From Stylophora pistillata (lineage: Eukaryota): a stretch of 64,000 nt of DNA. The DNA lies in assembly GCF_002571385.2 (NCBI RefSeq), contig NW_019218627.1, positions 11,316 to 75,315 on the forward strand. The letters are read 5' to 3'. Shown one piece after another: positions 25,433 to 37,900 of this stretch. Positions within the stretch are counted from its first letter, which is position 1. Each line of letters opens with the position of its first letter. The notes beneath the pieces are model-generated. The model had not been told where the DNA came from, did no database searches, and saw nothing but the letters and a program-made list of their open reading frames with translations. The position numbers and the translations under genes are program-made.

Positions 25433-26005
25433 TGTACCCGGGGAAGGTGGGCGGGGAGGTAGTTGCTATGGACATTTTTATATTGACGAGGAGGCTAGAT
25501 ATCTCGACCAGTGGTGTAAGTGTCGGTTTTTTCCTCCTTAGGAATAATAAAAAAAAAACCAGGTACTAATACTACTCTGATTAGCTTGGGTGATTTAAAG
25601 ATGAATTTTTTTCTATGTCCAATCAACATAAACCCTTAATAGTTGTTTCAAGTTTTTAATCAAGGTCTAACCATGCCCATAGTTGCCTCTTGTGGGGGCT
25701 AAATTGTTCATGTGGGTTGCCACCCCCTGTTCCTTGACCCTAACCTACTGGACTGTTCATAACAAATACAGTGTAGTTCCCTTAGGATCAAGGGAACTAT
25801 ACTTTTCTTTTTGTTCACTTGCATTTTTTAGACTGTTGAGATTTACCACAAGTTTAGTTGTAACAATTTGATATCCTATCCAGATATCCCCATCTGATAT
25901 ACCAAAGTAAATCAATCATTGATTGCAATTTATCAGATCAGTTGTAATCAATAATTCCTGATTAGTCCCACATGTCAATGAAATAAACACTCACATAAAT
26001 GAATA

Positions 26006-26345
26006 AAGGCTGATAGTTTCGAAAGAAACTGTTTGGGGCTGCGTCGGTGGGAGTAACGAAATAATTGGGATACATCACCAAAGTTGAAAAGGTAAATTGG
26101 CCACTGTAACGATTACAAAAGCTGACGTTTCGAGTGTTAGCCCTTCGTCGGAGCGAATAGAGGAATTGTGGGTTGTGTGTGCTTTTAAAGGCAGAAAATG
26201 GAGCTACGTTATTGGTGGGAACATGGCAACGAGAAAAACATGAATAAATTAGTGGAATGAAAAGCGTTCTTTGATCCCTGTGGGATTTAGACTGCCCGTT
26301 TGAAAGATGAGCTTTTGTTCAAAATTTTTAGGGCTTTCCGTGCTA
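26006..26345 (-). mobile_element. Penelope-like retroelement-derived repeat carrying a minimal type I hammerhead ribozyme motif
   Basis: Minus strand 26154-26121 reads GCTCCGACGAAGGGCTAACACTCGAAACGTCAGC (C[U/C]GAnGA-stem II-GAAA-GUC); homologous copies at 41408-41548, 41180-41385, 18170-18290, 22940-22990, 49020-49180. Confidence 0.65.
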
Positions 26346-26811
26346 CCTAAGTGCAAGGAAAGACCGCAGATTGGCATATGTTGCTTAGAATGATTAGGTA
26401 AATTAAAATGTCTAGTGACTGGTTTCGATGTGTCCTTGTCATTCCATAAATGAAAAGGTTGATTTTGATCATAATCAGACCAAAACTATTAATGAGTGTT
26501 TCAGGTTGTCTTGTTTGCGCTCCTAAGGAAGAGCTTGATTTTTGCTTGCTTGGCAAGCTCTACTCCAATCCACAGTATGCCCTTCCACTGATTTTCCACT
26601 CAGGGGCAGGGAAAAAGTAAAGATTTGATCATCCACCTGTGAGTCACCAGAAATGCATTCCTTTCATTACCATGACACTCACCCCCACTTGCAGAAATAC
26701 AGACAAATTTTGCCCCCTTGTTAGCCAAGTGATTAAGCAAAATTTATTTTTCTTTCACTGAAAATATATAATTTTTCAGAAGCAGTAATAAGTCAAAAGT
26801 TCTTACCCTTG

Positions 26812-26986
26812 CAGGGGCCTCATTAATGTTTTCTGCAGGAGGGCAACTGGTTTTCACAGGTGGGAAAAACTCTTTGAACTGAACTTTTTATAAGAAAACT
26901 TTCCACCAGACAGTCAAATCAGGTGGGCAAAACCGTCCTGACAACTGGTCAATTTGCCCGGTGCCTGGCCCTTAATGAAGCCCCTG
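26812..26986. mobile_element. hAT-type MITE with 15-bp TIR and 6-bp TSD
   Basis: TIRs CAGGGGCCTCATTAA / TTAATGAAGCCCCTG; direct repeat CCCTTG at 26806-26811 and 26987-26992. Confidence 0.8.
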
Positions 26987-28177
26987 CCCTTGATGATAAA
27001 TAAACTAAAATTCCTTGACATATTTTACAATTGCATTTTAATAAGCAACATTTGGAACTTAAAATATTTCTACAAACACAAATTAATGTCACTGCATTGA
27101 AAGGAAAAATTATAATACAAAGTTGAATGTTGAGTAAAATCACAAAACTTCACACCAGTAGTGAATATAGAAACATAGTTCCAAGTAGTCACAACTAATT
27201 ATTTACAAAAGTTACAACTGGAGGGCAAACATTTACCAAACGAATACATAATGCATCTGACAAACCTTTCACAGATTGGGAGAAAACCAAACTCTTGCAA
27301 TCACATCAACATGTAGGATCGAGGTCAACATATTGGTTCTAAATCATGTGTTGGCTTTGAGAATTAGAAGCCTCGTGAAAAGAACAGTCACTGTCATTTT
27401 CTTCAATATTGGAAATTTCCACCATAAACTATTTCTTGCAAAGTGCAAAGGGAAGCTACTAAAAAAAATTCCTTGTCATTTAAAACACTGACATGAAAAA
27501 AGTCTAAAACAATTAACCTTGTAAAATTCATGAGTGACCAAAACAGAGTTTCTCCCTACAATAGTCATCTAAACAATATCATGGGGACAAGTGAAAAGAA
27601 TAAAGAAAAACATCAATTAACCTAGGATTATTAGTTCATCCAATACCAAATATTTCCCAGAACTGACATCATACAAATTCTATGGCAGAAAGTGAGAAGT
27701 AGTACAAATAAATGAGATCTGGGAGTGAAAAATTGAGAAATTCTCACTGGTGAACTTGATGCACATAAATGCACATTGTGTGTAACTGCATATTATACCG
27801 TCCATTATTTCTGCTTTCTCTACTCTTCATGTTGTGTCAATCCTCACTTCGTAACATAATAAATACATCATACCTTTAACACTGCAAAGGAAAAAGTTTG
27901 TTTATTTCCAATTTGTTTTGAACAGGCATCCAAGGAGTGACTGTTCAAGTCAGAGTAGCTGGCTCGCTTTTGTTGCATTTTGCCAAATATATATTAACGA
28001 ATTCTTCAAGGTCTTAAATAAGCTCAACTTGCATTTGTACATGTTGAGGTACTCTGAAGAAGCTAGTAAGACTCTTACAATTAACACAAAGATTTGTTTC
28101 AGAGTGCAAAGAATAAGATTCTTTTCTTGCAAATTGCAGACAGTGTAAACTAGATAACTGTGAGAAACTGGGGATAA

Positions 28178-28299
28178 ACAACACCCACAGTTAGTTTAAA
28201 AGATCACAATTTTCCCTGAGGCCAACTTGTGTACATATACAACACCCACAGTTAGTTTAAAAGACCACAATTTTCCCTGAGGCCAACTTGTGTACATAT
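28178..28299. repeat. 61-bp tandem duplication (x2)
   Basis: ACAACACCCACAGTTAGTTTAAAAGA(T/C)CACAATTTTCCCTGAGGCCAACTTGTGTACATAT twice, downstream of the RTF1 stop. Confidence 0.9.
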
Positions 28300-28982
28300 A
28301 AATTTTGTTAACAAGTATAATCTTCCACTTTCAAAACTAGGGAGAATTTCAGATTAAAAATAACAATTAACACAATACAATTACTAACTTCTCTAAGCTT
28401 AAAGTCCATTTGTTTCAGAGCACTCTAAAGTGTATGCGACTTTATCATGACAAATTATTGAAAAAAATACGAAGGCATAAAATTCAATCAGCAGCAAGAG
28501 TGCTTTATCTCTAAATTTTTTTCTCCCTAAGGTCTCTCTCTTTTTAAAAAGGTTACACATGAAAGACCACAAACACTTTTTAACTCTGTCCATAAAGAGC
28601 CAATTGACTTTTTTCCATGTAATTTCCAGTAATATACAGTGGTTGCTGCATGCTCTTTAGTGCTGCCCCTGATTTGATGAACATGTTTTGTACTTTTTCT
28701 GGGTTTTGGTTCAGTTCATGAATGCAATGTGCTTATTTGAGTGAATTGGTTGACAAAAACAGATAAGCTTCATTCTTTGGCTCGGATAGAGGAAAAAAAG
28801 GCAATCCAGAATTCTCCCTTTCCTTCTTTTCAGCAGTTCAAAGAGCCATAAAAAGAAGCACTGAAGTACCACAAACATGCACAGTCAAAATGTTTCCTTC
28901 CATACTACAAATCCAACAAGGAAAAACAATTTCACAGTCAGTTGGTGATTTAACTGTTAGCTCAGCCAGTGGTTCAAGCAGT

Positions 28983-31900
28983 TCATATCAGTCCCCTTCT
29001 CTTCTTGTAGTCTTCAAGGTTTAGTGATCTCCTAGGTGCCCCATCCCTTTCATTGTTGGCAGGTCTTGGAGTAGCTACCACTGGACGAGACTCTGTTGAA
29101 AGAAGATTTGATTTAATTGTTTAAGTTAATGATATACGCAATTTTTCTCATCATTCCAAAATAGGACATCCTAATAGAAAATAAGGGAATGCCCCCCCCC
29201 CTTATATTCCTCCATCATTTCTCTCATCAAATTCATCAGCTGTTTTAAAGATTTTTAATAACCATACATGGGTTATTGCCTAAGCAATCATGAAGCTTAT
29301 TTTTTATCATTTGGTGGGCTCCCTGAGCTGAACAGAAACCTTTATTCTGAATTGCTATCTTATTGGCACATATAAGCTTTACATACAAGGAAACTTGGCT
29401 GATTTACCAACAAGCTTGGACAATAGCACACCTTATCTTCTGTTGTGAATTCAAAAGTATATATCCTTTTAAAGCATAATAAACACAAAGGAGTCTTGTT
29501 TCCTCCAATACTGAGTAATGAAAATTTCGGTTCTTTCTGTTTTTACAGGGACACCTGGGAGAACAGACCATTGAATGGCGTTCCCTGGTTAAATAAAGCT
29601 CATTATTATTATTATTATTTTTAATCTAGTGCAGCACACATATCTGAGTATAGACTTGTACAGTGTATTGCTTGAACTTGACTGGACATTTCCAAAACTT
29701 TCTGCTCCCCAAAGGATTCCTAAAGTAATGCTATATCCACTACAGAGAATTAAAAAAAAAAAAGTGCAATACCAGTTCCAGGGGCAGGAATGTCGAGATT
29801 GATTGTGATGTCAAAGTTATGTGCTGAAAACAGATCCTCTGACTGAGAGGGTTTCCTATCAGGAGGCTGGTGAGCTGCTCCAGCTGGTGGAATTTGTGAA
29901 AGTCTTTCTATATCTGAACCCTAGAAAGGAAAGGAGATGACTGTGTTTAAATGAAATAGAAGTGATAGTATCAGTTATATCACCCTAAATTTAAGCTTTC
30001 TTTCACTGATATATCATGATTGTCTTTTACTTACACTATAATTACCATCTTTGGAAAACAAAAATGTTTTACCCCTTGAAAAATGGGACATGTCCTTTCA
30101 CACACATACCACCCTAACATTTAGGGCAACCTCTTGTAGTCACTTCCCTTCATCCAATGCATTGACTATTGAGAGGGCCCACTATACCCAAATACTAACT
30201 TACTCAAATCCACTGTTCTTTATTCACAATTTGTTTTGATCAAGATGCATACATGTATAGTGTTTCCATTCCATAGTGGTTTAGGATGAGTTGAACTTAC
30301 ATCAACTGTGTCAGTCGGTTGGCTTGATGATGATGCCTGCAACAAACATGAAGCAAATCAGTATGGAACAAACTAAGTCTTTTACAACTTGTTTCTATAA
30401 TCACATGTCTACATCAAGACTGTGCTCTATGAAAAATTGAAGGAAGCCCAGCCCTCTGAAACTGTGAAATCCAGGGTGCCCAACATAATTATGCTTTTTA
30501 TATATAAAAAAAAAAACTACGGTTCCTGAGTTGCCTACCAGCAAAAGTAAGGTGCCAGGGGCCACCGGGCACTGCTACACCGTATATAGTATATTAAGTA
30601 AAAAGCTCACTGCTACATGGTATATAGTATATTAAGTAAAAAGCTCACTGCTACATGGTATATAGTATATTAAGTAAAAAGCTCCAGAACACTACTTAAA
30701 AATAAATGACAACATATGTATAAGAAAGAGCTTTCACAGTATGAGACCAATAACCCTTTGACTAGTATCTATTTTCTCCTTACAATATCACCCCTGAATC
30801 ACACATTAAGGTCACAAGAATAAAGGAAATGATCACCTGCTGAAGAGCTCTTAATTGTTAAACAAATTCTTCATGTTAGTAGCTTAGGAAACGTAAAGAG
30901 AACAGTATGGAGAATATCCATCCACCTGTACTGGTGTTAGAGCGTAAAGGGCTACTGCAAAACACTATTATAATAAAAATGACAAAACACTAAAACTCAA
31001 CACCTACTCCATCAGTGCTGGTGGATTGAGGCATCCCAGCAAAAGCTGCCCCTTCGGTATTTCCTTCATTCTTTTCTTGTGTAACAGAACTTGGTAAGGT
31101 TTTATTAGCCTGGAAATAAAAGTCAGAGAAAGCCCAAGCATTAAAAAGTACAACTGACTTTTCACAATTAGTATTTTGATGAGACAATTTGGTGAAACTA
31201 CAGCTCTGCAAACAGAGAGTATGTCAAGTTCAGATGTGCAGTGCCACCTTTCATGCAAATTTTTGGAGGTCTAAAACAATTAAGGCATGGCTCTGTGGCA
31301 TCCTACAGGTTCAGTTCATGTTGTCCATAATTTTACAGAGTTTGACTCACTCACCATAGACACAAGTTGAGGAAGGGTTTTCCGTCTTGTGAATGGATCA
31401 GCTTTTTGTTCCACATTCATTTCTTCCTGTTTGGGAAGGATTAATAGTTGTGAAAGAGTTAGCAACAGTTTTTGAAGTGTTTACACAAAAAGAAACTTGA
31501 CATTTAATAACCCAATCACCCTCAGTTTTTTCTGTTAACTCTTTACCTCCCAGAACTGATTAACATGTTATTTCTCCCTATACCATCCTTACAATATCCA
31601 GCAAACAGGTAATGAGAATACTCTAACATATCGGGAAGACAATGTTATCTTGATCCAACACCAAATGCTCTTCCCTAATTAACAAGGAATATATAGCAAC
31701 TGGCCATGGAGGGAGGAATTAACAATCAGATCTTGGGAGTTAGATGGTTAACAAATGCACCTTTGAAAAAGGGAACAGATAATTTGCATTTTTCTTTAGT
31801 ACAGTAACTGTAACTCATCATCAACATCATATGTACATGCTCCTCCATCAACTCATGAAAAACATGGGAAATTTTTTTCACAGAATGCCAGCCACAAGAA

Positions 31901-34900
31901 TACAAAACTACTTAATAACAGTTATCTTACAGCTGCAGCTTTTTCAGCCTCCACAATATTCCTCTTTCTGTTTCTCTCATTGATATAACTGCAAGTGGAA
32001 ACAGAATGCCGCAAGAGATAAATATAAGCTGCTGGCTAAAGTATATCAAGGAAATTAATAGAGTTTAGTAAAAATAATGAACTGTTCAATTTTCAAAAGA
32101 AACAACCCACTTAACTCTTCGAAAGGTGTTAAAACTTGAAATAGACATGGTAGAGATTAAAAAGCTGGCTTTTATACAAATACTTTCACGAAATTCCTTG
32201 AAAATCTTTAGATTATACAGCATTATATTAATTTTTTCATGTTCTTTTCCCCTTTTCTTAGGTGTTAAAACTTTGTCTAGGATACATGAAGACCCTGATT
32301 TACACCCATGACACTCTTCTTTTTTTTTTAAGAACAAGTTAAGAAAATTGTTTGACATGACAATATGTTCTTTAGGCCAACTTAAAAACGTCTAGACTAA
32401 GATGTTGGGCTGGGTTTTCAAAAAGTGGTTGTACAGGCTCTTAAAATTAGATTTAAAACTGAAAGTTGAAACTGGGAGCATGAAAATAAGATAGGTAATA
32501 TCTTATGGGCTTTTCCATAATACAGGGGAAAATTGAACAAAGCAACGTTTGAAAAGCGAGTTCAACAAAAATCAAACAACTTAAAATGAACCACAACACA
32601 GGGTACATTTAGTTTAATTGTGATTTGCAAAACACAGACCAAGGCTTTGTATTACCTGATAGCACTAAGGTTTTTAGATCGCACTTTGTCAAGTTGTTGC
32701 GCTTTCTCTTCCAAGTCATCTAGTTCACCTCGCAGTTTTTCTGCCTCTTCCAAGTTCCCCTTCTGTTCTGCTATTTCCTGTTTCCAAAAAAGGACAACAA
32801 AAAGTGCTTTTAACTTATTTTCTTATTTTTATTCAAATACAATTCACTACCTTACTCATGAATTCTGTGTAAAATTGAACTTGAAAACCGAAAAATCAAT
32901 GAGTTTAACTTCATAATAATATTGAATGTGACTTAAAGCTACAACAAGCTTTTACAAACCTTTGATCGCATTAAATGATTCTTCTTTTGAGCATAATTAA
33001 AAGGTGTTTTCCTAAATTTCTGCTTCTCAGCGACAATCTGTCATTAATGGTACAAACAAAAAAGAACATAATTATTCAATACCTCATAACCTTTGCTAAT
33101 GAAAAACAAAGAAAATGAAAAAATCTGGACAAACATTTCTGTCACACAAAAGCATAAATTTACAAGCCTAACGTGGAAATTTCTTGTTCCATAATCAGCA
33201 ACGATACACATGGTGCTCAAATGTAAGTTAGCAGTTTTGCATGATTAAATTGCCATAATTAGTCTGGCCATAAGAGTGAAGACATTAGTCTCTTGAGTGA
33301 CAAGGAGCTTGCCTTTTGAGAATAGTCTCTTTTCTGGTGTGAGAATGTTAACTTCATTGTGAGAATAAATGTAATTATCATTAATAATCAAAATGGTTAC
33401 TAACAGCTTTGCATAATCAATAGCTGAACACATGACTCCAATTCTAAGAATTTCACTACTTTGCATCAGTTTTAGTTGCCAATTATCACAGAGACACTTG
33501 GATCATGGTCCTAGGTGACTTAGGTTAGTTCTATCCTTCTTCAAGACATTTACCTAAAGCCACACTCTCACAGTTTGCATACCATACCTTATCAATATCT
33601 TCTTCATTATACATGTAATGCTGTGCCTCATTAAACTGTTTGGCTTTAGTGTCCACTTCCTCAAGTGTTGGTAAAGGAATGCCATGAGATTCACACTGGG
33701 AACAAATGACAAATATGATCATCAAAATCACTGAAAGACAACTTAAGTAAAAACAACTGAAGAGGAGTTATATTGTTCAATTGTTCAGTTCACTCCCATA
33801 AATGCTCAACACTAGTGAATTTAAGTTAAATCATCTGAGAAAGAATGGAGAGATTAACCCTGTTTAACTCAATTATAACAAAAGTTACCTCCTCTTTCCA
33901 CCTGGAAAATTCTGTTTCTGTGAATCTCTGATTTGACACAAACTCTAGTCTAAACACCCTTTCCTGGTTGCCATGTCTGAAAACAAAAAAGGAACATTGT
34001 TATTAGATTATATTTAGGAGTGGAAAAGTTCATAACAGACAGAGGGATGTTATTCCTATTTTACTCCTCCATCTGGAGAAGGGGTAGAAACTCAACATCA
34101 TCTCATAAATTTAAGGGGACTACCAGTTCTGTAAATTCTCAACTAGCATACTTTAGTTTTAATCCTTTATTTGTTTTTGTACTTCCCAAAGAGTATATCT
34201 TAGCTGTTTCCACCACATCTCTTATCTCTGCAACCTACAATAAAAAATACCAGTATTGTAAGAGGCTGTAATCAGTGTTTGTCTGTTGAGATTGTTTAGT
34301 TTAAACCCATCAGTCAAGTTAAAGACAAGTTGATAACCCCTGCAACTGCCAAAATTGATTAACATGCATTTTCTTGCCACAATACCAATACATCATGCAG
34401 CAAACAGGTTTTGAGAATAATCAAATTTATAATTTAGAAGTTTTTATCTTGATCTAACACCAAATTCTCACTGTAATTTACAAGGAAATGGGTTGCAGCT
34501 AGAGGGAAGAGTTAAAAATCAGATCTAAGGAGTTGAAGGATCAAGTTTGTAATGTCCAAAGTAAGAGTTGCTTATTCTCACAGTGCTGCCATCTATTGAG
34601 GAGAGTTGCTTATTCTCACAGCGCTGCCATCTATTGAGGAGAGTTGCTTATTCTCACAGCGCTGCCATCTATTGAGGGAAGTCTCCTCTATAATTATTAG
34701 TAAACCATCCCTCTTAAGTTAGTCAATGTCAAGTTTGATCGGCTTCACTGCTGAGACTTTCTTGAATAAATCAAACTGTTCTGCTTTTTTCCTTGCTGTT
34801 ATCCCTCAACTGAATGCCTCCCTCTCACAAAAACCTTTTCAATCTTCCATAATGAATTTCAAGAAATGGCCCTTTACTCCTTATACCAATGAGAGCAACT

Positions 34901-37900
34901 TTGCTGTTCTCTCTGCCTCATTGTTGTGACTTGCATGTTATTTTGGCACTGGATCACTAGACCACAAAAACTTGGAAATGGCCTATTGATATGTGGTTTC
35001 TCAAGAAACAAAACCTTACCCTATAAACAGGTCTTGCATCATGGTTTCCAATACCAACACGCACATAACAGCCAGCCACTATCTCGCCAAAGAAAGGCAT
35101 GTGTACCCATCTGTTTAAAAACAGTTAAAAATAACAACAATGATAAACAACAAACCTTTGATTTCTCCTGGAATTATTTCAACTCGCAATGTTTCAATGC
35201 ACTTGAATGTGTTCCCAAACACATTTAAAAAAAAGAAAAACATTTCAGTGCAAGCACAACAAGCCAGTTCTCAACTTAACGGAGTTGTACAGGTGTAATG
35301 TTGTTGCCTAGTAATACATGTTGCAAGAACCTAGATGTAAGTGTAGAAGCATGTGAAGGCAAGGATGAGATCAATTTTCTCTTTAGTGCATCAAATAAAA
35401 TTAATATGTTCTTCAGAAACTCTGAGTTTAGTCTTCTTTAGACATCATAAAAGGCACCTGAATTCTCTTTGAATTTACTCGACGCTTGTCTCCTCACTGA
35501 TTCCCATGTGAGGAGTCTCTCCATCTAGAGACAAGACTCCTGACACAAGAATAGCTGATTCTGTTCACTATTTTCACACCACACAGGCCAATACCTTTCA
35601 AGTTTGTGCCGTGATATTCTTATCCTCTCCAGGTCTCCCAAAGCCGATACTCTTTGAGGTTGTGCCTCACCTTGCCTGGAGTAGAAAGTCAAAGAAACAG
35701 TCAATCAATTCCATCTTTAAATAAAATAGCATCATATCGATAGCTAACAGCTTGAACTCCATTTGCTTACTCTTCATCAGATTCTTGGTAGGATCCTTCC
35801 CCTGAACTTGATTTGCTTTCCTCCTGCTCATCATCATCCTCATCGTCAGTAAACACATCACTAGTCTTGAACTGAGGCGCTTTTTGGTCCACTAACGATT
35901 CAGCAACTTTTTTCTCTTTTTTCTCAGATCTCTTTGCCTTTAGGTCATCCAAAGCCTTTGCTTTTTTTTCTTCAACATGTCTCTTCCGCTCTTTTTTGCG
36001 CAAAGCTATACCTTCCTTCTCAATATTTGCTTTCTCCTTCTCTCGCTTTTTCTTCTTCTCCTTCCTTTTAGCAAGACGGAGTTTTCTTTCAATTTCAAAT
36101 CGAGTCTTAAGAGCTTCTCTTTTCTCCACCCGGTTGAAGATCTCCTGCTCTCGTTCTTTTTCTGTCATCTTTTCAAGTCTTGCTCTGTCTGCTTCATCTC
36201 CCATCAAGTTGTCATCCCAACCATCATGATACTGCTCCTCCTCTTCATCTTCTGAGGAAGATGATGATGACGATGACTCTGTTTGAATGAAATGCACAGT
36301 TCTAACCTGAATAAAAGGCAGTAACCACTCAGATTGTATTCCTTAACCCTTAGACTCCCATAAAAGTGAGGAAGAAAGAATTTCTCCCTATACTATCAAT
36401 ACAATATCAAACAGAGAAGTGGTGAGAATAGAGAAAAAATATCAGTTAGGGGATTATTAGTTTATCCAACACCACATTTCTCCCAACTAACACACCAAGA
36501 ATTGTATGGCAGACAGTAAGGAGAATTGCTACTGAGATCTTACAAGTAAAGGGTTAAAAATTGGTTAGTGCTGGACTCTAATTGAAGAAGCCAGATTTGA
36601 GGGTCTAGGGTCACAAGTTGGGTTCCAGCTCTCCCACTGTGTTGAGTTCTACTGCAAGATACTTTTCCCTCACAAGACCCGAGAAGTTAGCTAAGGGCCA
36701 TTGTGGATAAAAAAGGGTTAAATACTGTGTGTCCAAAAGATAAATAATGGACAAAATATGCATCAGAAAAACACACTACATGCCTCTATTTAAGTACTCT
36801 GACTTATAGTTTGCTGCAAAGTTCTCTTTAAACATGAAGCATATGCAGTGCACAATGCCACTCACAGAGCCTAATTTGCTTGAGCTTAACCTGAATTCCA
36901 AAGCACAAAGCTACCAGGAGGATTGTCAGTTTTGTCAGATTTCCATGAAGTTTTTCCAGTTACCTCTTACAATTCAAGGAGGAAGAGGGACTCTGGGAGT
37001 CAACACAATAACCTTATCATTTGATTATTAATTATTTTTGTCACCTGGGTTGATAATATTAATTGGCCAAGATTAAGGGATTCTACAGTTCATGCTTTGA
37101 ACATGAGCCTGTTGTCAGTGCAAATCCACAATGACCTGGCTGGGCTTGATTACAGACATTTTGATTCAAGGTCCAACCTACTGACAATATATTAGGCCAT
37201 CCAGTCCCCTTCACCAACCATAAATTATGCATAAAACTTCACATTAAAACTCTTGCTAATAACTCTTAATTAAGTATTTAAGATTATTACACAAGTCATG
37301 CTCTCATTGATTGATACAGGTGTATTTTGATGAGTATTTAAATACAGTTGTTATGTGTGAAATATTTTTAAGAGCGACAGAGGGCTTTGCTGTGTCTTCA
37401 TAGCTTCACCTAAAAACTTGGGGGGGATTGAAGAATTCTCAAAAGTTATGCAAACCTGAGATGCAGTTGAGGGTGTGCATAACTTTGCCAAATTCCCAGA
37501 GCCCTACTTGCATTTAGATGAAGCTGTGTAAACACAGGAAAAGTCCTATTCTGCTTTAGTACAAGGACTCTCACCACCAGAGGACGTTTCACCACTTTCT
37601 TCTGACGAAGAACCCGATGATGAAGCCTTTTTGGGTTTTTTCTTGTCCTTAGCTTTTGCAGCCTTTCCCTTACTATTCTCAGAATCCATTGTCCACTATA
37701 GGTATTAAACAATTGAATAAATAAATCAACAAAGACTATATTAAACCATTGACCCTTAAAAGTGACTAGCATCTAATTTCTCCTCACAATATGACCCCTG
37801 AATCACACTTTAAGGTTATGAGAATTAGGAAATGATCACCAGCTAAAGAAGCTCTTGATTGTGTAATAATTTCTCCTACTACAATTTGAGGAAATGTATC

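Noticed and set aside
34565-34677. CRISPR-like 38-bp repeats (also 30570-30683)
   Set aside because: Head-to-tail with no unique spacers, no cas genes, inside a eukaryotic intron.
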